Part shown: positions 52,851 to 64,000 of the stretch, one piece after another
Position numbering within the stretch: position 1 is the first letter of the stretch
Layout: every line of letters begins with the position of its first letter
Source: the human T2T-CHM13v2.0 reference genome, Homo sapiens
Assembly: GCF_009914755.1 (NCBI RefSeq)
Contig: NC_060926.1
Strand: one strand, 5' to 3'
DNA: 64,000 bases
The notes under the pieces: generated by a model
Database searches by the model: none
What the model was told of the DNA's origin: nothing
The model's input: the letters and a program-made list of their open reading frames with translations, nothing else
Position numbers and translations under genes: made by a program

Positions 52851-55779
52851 TGTGGAAGGGTCCAATACAAAGTGACAGCAGTAGAGATTTATATGTGTGC
52901 TTTTTGATAAAACATTTCTGTTGACTTTCCATAAAACAGATGGATTTTGGCATTAGGGTGCCTCCTGGTCCATGGTGGGTGGGAGTTCCCTTTGCACTTT
53001 GTAACAGAGTCAGCACTGTGACAGAAACTCACACATCACTCCATTTGCTAAGCTAATAAAGAGGGCAATCAAAGGCCCATGTGATCACAAGGTAGGCTGG
53101 TACGATCAGAAAAGGAGATTTATAGACTAAAGTGAACCACAATATTAAAAGGTCACAAATAACATTTCCCTGTTGCATCTACTTTCTGCATATCCTAAGG
53201 CCCTGCATTTTTGGCTGCTTTTAGATAATTCATTTGAGTATGGTTATGAGCTTTTGTGCTAACCCATGATCGATAACCCCTGGGATAGCAGAATCCCAGG
53301 TGTGTGGAATGAATGGCGGGCGGGGCAGGGGGTGTTAGGAGGTTCCTACTGAAACCTATAATTGAAAAGGGTAGAGCTCAAGCCTGGCCAGGGCAGGACA
53401 GTGCCTCTTGCTGCTGCAATGTTCTAAGACTTCCTCTGGCACTGATATCCTGTGGTTCAGTGACTGCAGAAACCAATTTTCAATAACACAGAGAAACTGT
53501 TCTTCTTCCTACTTAGGAAACAGACCTGTGGTTTCTTCTATGTTGGGTGTATTGTAGCTGTCAAATTTCTCCTCAGGAAATTTAACCCTTTTTGACTTTC
53601 ACCTCCTTTAAATGTCTCCTTTGCTTCAGATATCTTGTCTAAGAGAATGTTCAGGTACCTTCAGTCCTATGGTTTTCTGCTAATTAAAGATATTTAGAAT
53701 CTGTTATCAATAGAGGCTAAAGTTTACTTTTGCCCAATCTATAACATAAAACAGTTTTTTACATTTCTGTATGTGTATCTTGTTGAAGATGTGTTTAGTT
53801 TATTTATAGAAACTTTCTTTTCAAATATTAGAAGCACCTGTTTTTCTAGAAACAGCCATCTTAAAGTAGGTTGATCAGAGTCTAGGCAATATTCTGGTAG
53901 TTAAGTGATTTGTATCCACTTTAAGTTTAAAAAAAAAAACGCTGCATTTCCTTATGCTGTTGATCCACTTCTACACTGAATATAACACTGGCAAGTCAGG
54001 ATGGTGATGAAAAGAATCAGTGGTCCGTAGCACTAAAAGAATTCCTGGCCACCCCTGGCTGCCAGGTGGACCTAGCAATCAGAGACATAGAGATAGTGTT
54101 GTTTTTTTTTTTTTTTTTTTTTTGCTTGTCCTTATTTGCCAAAAACTTTAACAGTAATAATTCACTTTCTTATCCTAAAAAATTAAATAACAAAGGACTA
54201 TTCTCATTATCAATTAGGAAGCACTAAGACACAAAGCATAATCATGAAGATATTTGGGGAGCTAGGAATCTCCATAAAAGTGGAGCTAATCCCAGTGTTT
54301 TCCTTTGATTACTTTTGGTACCATTTAGTCCACTTACTGTATCATCTTGTAATTGCCCTGAACAGTTTTTCATCACAAAAGCAGTTACATTCTCTCACTA
54401 TTTGACACAAAGTTTAAAGAGAAAGTATTTAAAATGTCAGGCTACTTTGGTATGTTATACCACAAAGGATGGAACAGATGTTTTTAAATAAACATCAGCC
54501 CTGGTTGTGGGTTGTTGAGACACTGAGAGAGCCTTTTTCAGAAGCAGGGGCAGCTCATGAATTTAGAGGAGGCTTAAACACTGTACTTTCACATAAAGCC
54601 ATAAAGAGTTGGCAGAAGTATCAGGGATCAATGAATGGGCACAGAGCTGAGCATGTTATAACTCAAATTGCCAATAAAAATGTCAGCCTTGAATCTGAAG
54701 CAAATAGTTTTGTAATTCTGAACTGAAAGCATTTTTTAATTGCTTTCGAATGGAAAAACTTCATATAATTTAATAAAATTTATCTCCTTTATAATCAAGA
54801 AAGCCATTATTGCAGCAAAGGGAAGTGGAGGATTTAAATGTCATTCCTAGCATCTAATTTCCCAGCTCTTTTATTGGGATGTTATTAAAACAAAACCAAA
54901 TGGACTTTGCTACATCCATAAAAGCCAGTCAAGCAACAAGAGTTCATCTGGGCAGTACAGAATCATGAAACTGGGCCCGTGGCTGTAGCCAGGCTGGTGT
55001 GGGGTGAGACACATCCTGGAAGCAGGTGTGATATGTCAGGAGCAATGTTTTGGCATTCTGGAACTTGTGGAGCCTAAAGAGCAGCTGGATGCAGGGAGAA
55101 GCATACCAGGGACAATGGCTATCTTTGTACTCTAGGGATCTATTTGGTTCTTTAATGCATGTTGTGAATCAACTAAATGCTTGGAAACAAATAATGGTAG
55201 GAATCTGCTGGGGTCCTAGACAAGGGCTGATTGGAGAGGGCTTTTTCTTTGCTGAAAAGCAGGGCCACCAGCTTGCTAGGTGGATACTTGGGTTCATCGT
55301 GTAGACCTATTGAGATAAATTCTAGGGCTAGCAGGAGGGCAAAACCGCTTGTGGATGATGGAACTATTTACAGTAAAACAATTACCAATGAAATAGAAGG
55401 TATCCAGACACCTTTGGCTGTGAGGAGAGAGATGTCATTACTAGGATGGCATAGAACGGAAGCTAAGCATGTTTAAAGTTCTAGGTATTACACAGGGTGC
55501 CTTACTGGTAGTGGTAGTCCTAGTAATAAATAACATTTTCTAAGAACCATCTGCCAGCCACAATGCTTAACAGTTTGTATATTTTGTTTGATTTATAATA
55601 ATCCTCTGTGGTCTTATCCCCATTTCACAGATGATTCTAAAGCCCAAGTTTGTTCAATGCTTTCTATTCCCTGTTCCATGCTCTCTTTCATGGGTGCCGT
55701 GGAGCATACAGTGCCAGCTTGGTTTCCTGTGAAAATAAACAGCATTACCTCCCAGTTTCAAAATACTATGGACATATAT

Positions 55780-56267
55780 AACTGCAGGACAGTTCTTTGG
55801 GTGGCCTTAGACTGATCCAGTTCCTCCCACCATGCCCCCTCTTTTTTTTGCATGTATTTCTCAAGAATAACTATAGACTGTGCTGGGAATACAACATTAT
55901 CAGATAAAAGGGGAGCCCGATAGCCTGGGCTCTGATCCAGCCCCCTCTTCTCACCCCAAAACAGGATGTTTTCAGTGTTTTAGCCCACTTGTCATGTAAC
56001 CCCTGGGTATATATAATCTTAAGCCTGCTGTCTGTCAGAGTTCCTTATCTGTGGTGCAAGTGGGACACACACAGTTGAGACTTCATCCACCCCAGGCAGC
56101 TTTCTGAGCCTTGGAGGGTCTGCTCCCAATGACTCCTGGGCTTCTGTTGTTCATTGCTGCCTACTGTAAGTGGTAAACCTGCTTCATGTAACTTGTTGCA
56201 TATGGATGTATTCTGTTTCCCTGGATTTAGACAAGTTGGTAACCAGTCCACTGTGAACTCATTTCAT
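55780..56267 (+). mobile_element. ERVL solo LTR (LTR47-like)
   Basis: gcaggacagttctttgggtggccttagactgatccagttc...ttctcaagaataact...TATA-like gtatatataa...agacaagttggtaaccagt. Confidence 0.7.
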
Positions 56268-56448
56268 AATAACCTTTACTAAACAATCGCAAAACTATGA
56301 TTCTGCATTCAAATTTCTATTCTAGGCACAGAAGTTATGTAGTGAGTCCAAAGATGACAAGTCACATCTATATCTGTAATGGAGTTTGTCTTACACACCT
56401 CTGAAGTTAAAGAAGGAAAGGGAAATAATGAGGGTAAAAAAGTCTCTA

Positions 56449-56739
<291 letters not shown>

Positions 56740-57099
56740 ATGGGCAAAAACATCCCCCAAAACAAAAAACAAATTGTTTTATGCTTGACCAAACTGTATG
56801 TTCTGTGTATGGCACTATGATAGCAAATTTTGGGTCAGGAAAAGCCAGTAAGAAAGAGACCACTTCTAAGCATGTGGCCAAAGAATCACAAATGTGTGTG
56901 TGAGTGTGTATATGTGTGTGAATTTAATAGCACCATTAAGGGTAATTTAAAAAATAATAATGAAAGACAAAGGAAAGCATCCACAATCTCATCAGCTAAT
57001 AATATTACTGTTTTATTTCTGGGTTAATTCACATTTGTCCATATTCTGACACACTTATATAGTTACCATTATGAGCAGAAATCTTGGCAAAAATTTGGG

Positions 57100-57330
57100 G
57101 GGCAGTAGTAATAGTGATGTCTGGAAACAGATGTCCTGGCCTTATCATTTATGAGCTCGGAAACATTTCTGAACTGTTTTTCCTTTCAGATTACTCACAT
57201 GTAAATGGAAATAATATTAGGGCCTGCCTCATGAGGCAGCTGAGAAAATGAAATGAGAAAAAACATTAAGTACTCGGCATAATGTGGAGCACATAGTATG
57301 CACTCATCACAGGTTGGCTTTCATTACTGT
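57100..57330 (+). mobile_element. MIR
   Basis: ctcacatgtaaatggaaataatatt...cctcatgagg..tgagaaaatgaaatgaga...gcacatagtatgcactca. Confidence 0.72.
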
Positions 57331-57710
57331 TTGGTGTTCATTCTTCACAGAAATCATGTTTTAAATGTGCCTTTACACTACTTAAATGTGGTTAACAAAG
57401 TGAGGGAAGTTCATTAATAGCCAAAACCACTGATAGGGAGATCATGTGGTTGTAAAGTGAGGACGACTCAGATCCAACCCAGGCCACTCAGATGAAACCT
57501 ATCTTCTAAATTAAAGTTTTTGTATGAGAGAGCTATAATCCAAGTGCCAGAAATCAGGCTTTCCTTCTATTTTGAATCTTGACTCTAACATACCTAAGTG
57601 CACTGTGAAATTTGGGCAGGTGACAACGTATTCAGCCTACTACTAAGGTCTCTAATAATAGAAGTTGTATCTAGCAGGGTTGTGTGAAAATTAAACAAAA
57701 ATTAAATGAG

Positions 57711-57880
57711 ATACAGGTGTTGACAAGATTGTGGAGAAATTGGAATCCTCATACAGTGCTGGTGGGAATGGAAAATGGTGCAGCCACTTTGGAAAACACT
57801 TTGGTAGTGCTTCTAAATATTAATCATAGAATTTCTATATCACTCAGCAATTCTGCTTTTAGGTGTATACCCCAAAAGAC
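57711..57880 (+). mobile_element. L1M ORF2 C-terminal fragment
   Basis: tgtggagaaattggaatcctcatacagtgctggtgggaatggaaaatggtgcagccactttggaaaac. Confidence 0.88.
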
Positions 57881-58580
57881 GCAAGACACTCTTCCTTTTC
57901 CTCACCTCAAGCAGAAGGAAGGGGTCTCTTTTGGAGCCATGAGCTGTGCAGCCTGGCATTAGGGCCGGAGTGATGTCATCACTCCCTTGGCTGCCCCAGC
58001 TGGTACCTCAGTATGTCACATGCCCCCCAGTTCACGGTCTGTCAGCCTAGTTCAGCCCTAGGACTAGCCTATGAGTTGCAGTCTTTATGGCTTAGACCGC
58101 CTTTCAAGTTTACTTAGAGACCAAGAGCACTTTGGCCGTAGGTGGTGAGGCTTGTGGACACTCAATTTCAGACCTTTGAAATTGGCAATTTCCCTCTGGC
58201 TGAGGCTGGTTTAAATGCTCCCTCTGTGGGCAGTCCGCAGCTGAGTTTGATCTGGTTTTCCCTTTGGCTCTAACAGGACACAGCTGAGTTTAATGCCTCA
58301 CAATTGCTGTGTTCTTCTTTCTCCCAGTGCCCAGAGATGCTCTCTGCACCACACCACCACTGCTGGGGTCGGGGAGCGGAGTTGGTGATCCAGGAATGTT
58401 TTCCTGTTTCTTCAGTGCCTCTTTCAGTGATATGAAGTTAAAACCAGGTACTGTGAGTGCTCACCTGATTTTTGGTTCTTATGAATGTGTTTTTTTTCTG
58501 TGTAGATAGTTCTTAACTTGGTGTACTTGTGTGGGGGGTGATCTGTGGAGCTTTCTATTACATCTTGATCTGCCTCTCCC
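57881..58580 (-). mobile_element. Isolated 5' UTR of an old L1 (L1M1/L1MA-type)
   Basis: ctcttcagtgcctctttcagtgatatgaagttaaaaccaggtactgtgagtgctcacctgatttttggttcttatgaa-type motif; ends at catcttg. Confidence 0.82.
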
Positions 58581-59859
58581 CAAACTTGGGCATATTACAT
58601 GTGGGAAAATTCTATTATTGTACTCTTGAGTGTAAAATATGGTTTAAAGGACCCCAGAATTCTTTTCAGCTGTGTAAGTTATTTAAAATAACATTTTTAT
58701 TACAGATAAAATTAAGCAAAGTGAAGACAAGTGATTTTTGTTCTCTAGTATCTTGTAGCACTACTGTGATGTGTTTCTCTGCAAAGTTGCTCTTGATATC
58801 TATATAGCTAATCTTTCCAACTCTTCCTTTACTGTTTCCTAGCCATGTATTTAGCCTTTCTCTTTCACTCACCAACACAGGTACTAGTGACCTTCCTACT
58901 TAAAGTAATGCTCAAAAATGGCCAATGAAACTGTGACACAAATAGCAACAGCAAAGCAAATCTAAAAGTAATAGGCTGTCAGCGACTTGAAATATTCTCT
59001 CAAGATAAAAACATGTGAGGGGAGCAAGATGGCCCACAGAATGATTCCAGGATGGTGGGGTGGATGGATCACAGATAAATCTGGCAAGGTTGAACCCTTC
59101 CATCCTCGCTGCAGGAGGCCAACCCAAAGCCCTGAGCTGGGACCTATGCTACCCTCTTCTGCTTGTTCTGCAGGGCTGCAACATGTGTTCTGTGCTCCAT
59201 ATTTCACCTGAAAAAAGGGAGGCAGGTGCCATTGAGAAGCTGGCTATAAAATCCTTTGAAACTACATTGTAGAATTCCAGAAAGTGAGTTCAGAAATATT
59301 AATCCAGCTCCCACATTTACTGAAGGGGAAACTTGGGATCAGAAAGGAGCTCTTTAAAGACATGGACTCTTTAGATTGTGAGCTCTTTAAAGACAGGGAT
59401 TAGTCTTTTTTGTAGCTCTAACAAATACGTAGCACCTCACACAAAGCGTATGCTCAGGTACACGTACCTTGAGGTAACAGATGCCCAGTACTTAAGGAAA
59501 GTGTTAAGATGAATATACCCTTGTAAACCCCACACAAAATGTAACCACAGAAAGAAACTCTCATTTTTCAGCAAGCTTTACTTACCTATAGAGTTCCACA
59601 GAATGCAGCTAGGATTTCAGTTGGGTTAGGAATGGCCAGAAATGCCCAGGTGTTCTGGCTGGTGCCCTTGGATAAGCCCACAGATTTTCTGGGGAAATTT
59701 AATCACGTTGACACCTACCTCTGGGACCAGGTGGGCTTGTGGAATTTTCTGTCTAACAAAGTTCCATTTAGCATATTAATATGGATTTTGAAAAGTGTAT
59801 TCTAATGAACTGTCAGGAAAGCCAAGATCAGCTAGGCCACTGTTATCCAAATCCAAAGA

Positions 59860-59908
59860 GTGTGAGTGTGTGTGTGTGTGTATATATACATATATATAAG
59901 TGTATATA
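59860..59908. repeat. (TG)n(TA)n microsatellite
   Basis: Read directly from the sequence. Confidence 0.9.
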
Positions 59909-60662
59909 TTTTTTTCTTTTCATTGTGAGGCATCTGGAATGTAGCAGGAAATTTTGAAGCCATGGGATGTTTTATTTTTTGTTTTTTTCCCTTTTTAGGT
60001 TGAAAGCCAAATTATGACAATTTGGGATTTCTGGAAATAATATTTTACAGTAGTAGTTTTCTGCCCATTTCAACTATAATTTCAAATTCTCTTTTTGCTC
60101 TCAAGGGTACAGTGATGAATGGTCCCAGCTGTGTAATTGTAGTTTTGGGGTTTCTCAGGAGATGGCACTGGATCCTATAAAGGCTCTGTCTTAATGGTGG
60201 TACAAGAACCTTGGCATGCCCACCTCCTGCATGTGCTTTTGTTCATGACAACATTGCACATTCGGGGACAACATTGTGTCCCCGAACTGTAGGCATGCTC
60301 CCTATTTCGTATCAGAAGGAAGGTAAGTTTCCCTTCCTGTATGGGACAGAGACCTAAGCTGGGAGGTTCAGGAAGTTTGAGGAAGTGCCCAAACTTCCGC
60401 TACTGGGGACAGAGATTGGCCTGACACTACTTCTGCCTGGAGAATCCTATCCTTCCCCATCCAACTGATTCTTTCCTGTCCCCTTCAGAGCTGGCACAGA
60501 ACACATTTAATAAGGATACAGTTCGAGGAGAAGGACTGCCCTAGTCAAAGGGCTTTTCAGGAAAGTGGCCCTACTCAGACCCCTTCTACAGCTTTGGAAT
60601 CAGCACACGCGCTGTCAGCACCCACCTGCAGCATATTGAAAGCGTATTGAAAGCAGCCAGGG

Positions 60663-60681
60663 TGGCAGCAAGGGGGCGCCA
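60663..60681 (+). promoter_or_regulatory. CTCF-like motif
   Basis: tggCAGCAAGGGGGCGCca versus consensus TGGCCACCAGGGGGCGCTA; perfect 3' half, mismatch at the conserved second C. Confidence 0.4.
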
Positions 60682-60966
60682 CAGCAGATACACGCAAGTC
60701 CCCATTCTGCATCCTCAGCCAGAGGTAGCAAACTGGCAGCTTGCTAGCTGGACCTGGCCTCAGGGTGTTTAGTTTGGCTCTCCCAGAGTTGGCCCACACA
60801 GTGTTTTATATTTGATTTATTTGATTATAAAAATGGGGAGATATCACATAAATGTGTAAATTTCCAAAATCTTTTGAAAAACACTTGGGAAATGCTTGGC
60901 TCTTTTCCTTTCATTTGCAAAAAGGCTGTAAAAGAGCAGGTTTTGCTACCTTTTATAGAAGCCTGG

Positions 60967-61418
60967 TATGATATCGTGATTTAGAATAAGAAATATATAT
61001 TTTGGTCTTTGTTCCCAGTTCCTGAGACAGGGCACCTAGTTCCTTGGAGTGTTCTGGGTGATATAAGCATCTTATTTTTTTTTCGAATGAAGTAACTGTT
61101 ATCAACAGAAAGACCAAGCATGATTAGAAGCTTGGAATTTGCACCCCACTTCCCATCCTTCATGAAGGAGAAAGGGGCTAGAGATTATATTAATAATCAA
61201 TCATGCCTATGTGATGAAGCTGCCATAAAAAGTATTGAACTACAGGGTTTAGAGAGCTTCAAGGATGGTGAACAAGAATACGTCCATGTACCAGAAGGGT
61301 TGTGTACCCCTAAGTACATGGGCACAGAAGTTCCTACACTCAGGACTTTTCCAAACCTTGCCCTATATATGCCTTCATCTGGCTGTTGATTGGTATCCTT
61401 TAAAATATCCTTTGTAAA
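60967..61418 (+). mobile_element. MER21-like ERVL LTR, partial
   Basis: tatgatatcgtgat..aataagaaatatatattttggtctttg...aatcaatcatgcctatgtgatgaagc...cttcatctggctgtt; orientation less certain. Confidence 0.82.
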
Positions 61419-62282
61419 AAATAACAGACACAAAGACTGATGAAACAGAATAGAGAACTCAGTAATAAACCCAAGCATATACAATCAACTAAATTTTGAC
61501 AAGACCACCAATAAAGCAAAAATGGTGAAAGGATTCAACAAGTGGAAATGGGAAAATTGGGTATGTACATGAAAAGAATGACACTGGATCCTTAAATGGT
61601 ATCCTACACAAAAATCAAATCAAAATGTATTAAAAACCTCAGTATAAGATCTAAAACTGTAAAAATTCCTGGAAGAAAATATACAGAGGAAAAGCTTCTT
61701 GACATTGCCCTTGGCAATTAGTTTTTGGATTTCACAACAAAAGCTCAGTGAATAAAAACAAAAATAAATAAGTGGGACTATATCAAACTAAAAAGGTTCT
61801 CCAAATAGCAAAAGAAAAAGACAGCTTATGGTTTGGGAGACAATATTTGCAAACTATACATCTGATAAGAGATTAACTCCCAAAATATATAAGGAAGTCA
61901 CACAATAGCAAAAAAAAAGTTTAAAAAATGAGCAAAAATCTGGACATTTTTCTGAACACATAAAAATATCCAACAGGTATATGAAAAGGTGCTCACCATC
62001 AGTAATCATCAGATAAATATAAAAACCACAATGAGATATAGTTTCACATCTGTTAGCATGGCTATTATCAAAAAGACAAGAGATAGCAAGTGTTGGTGAG
62101 AGTCAAAATTAAAACTCTTGTGACCCAGTGGTTCCTTTTCTGATTATATGCCCCAAATTAATGGAATCAACACCTTGTAGACATTTCTACACTCTGATGT
62201 GCATCACAGCTTTATTCACAATAGCCAAGATAAGGAAACAACGTAAGTGTTCATCAATAGATAAATGGATAAAGAAAATGGT
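61419..62282 (+). mobile_element. L1MA/MB ORF2 3' fragment
   Basis: gaaacagaatagagaac, aataagtgggactatatcaaactaaaa, atatgaaaaggtgctcaccatca, gataaatggataaagaaaatg. Confidence 0.9.
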
Positions 62283-62317
62283 ATCTGTCTGTCTATCCAT
62301 CCATCCATCCATCCATC

Positions 62318-64000
<1,683 letters not shown>

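Overview
Primate (human-like) genomic DNA, AT-rich and CpG-depleted, with over half of it recognisable interspersed repeat. I found no recognisable host protein-coding gene, RNA gene, CpG island or CRISPR array. The only ORFs I can assign are LINE-1 ORF1/ORF2 remnants, a THE1/MaLR internal ORF remnant and Alu-derived frames. Main content: (1) a THE1 LTR plus internal segment joined to a near-full-length old minus-strand L1PA (about 3.05-11.0 kb) that hosts two Alus and an MLT2A LTR; (2) older L1M, L2 and MIR fragments; (3) a near-full-length minus-strand L1PB (about 39.6-48.4 kb) hosting two Alus and a twin-primed L1PA insertion; (4) solo THE1, MLT1, LTR47-like and MER21-like LTRs and a Tigger2-type element; (5) a young L1PA running off the right edge. 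I do not see convincing evidence of a new biological system. The most notable observations are local rearrangement scars: a fold-back copy of an L1 5' end, a duplication spanning an L1/Alu junction, nested palindromes and duplications, and an apparent THE1/L1 deletion junction. Also notable are an in-frame MLT2A/L1-ORF1 chimeric ORF, a candidate regulatory cluster at about 60.2-60.8 kb, and a few candidate non-coding exons. Subfamily calls come from my memory of consensus sequences and need RepeatMasker/Dfam confirmation.
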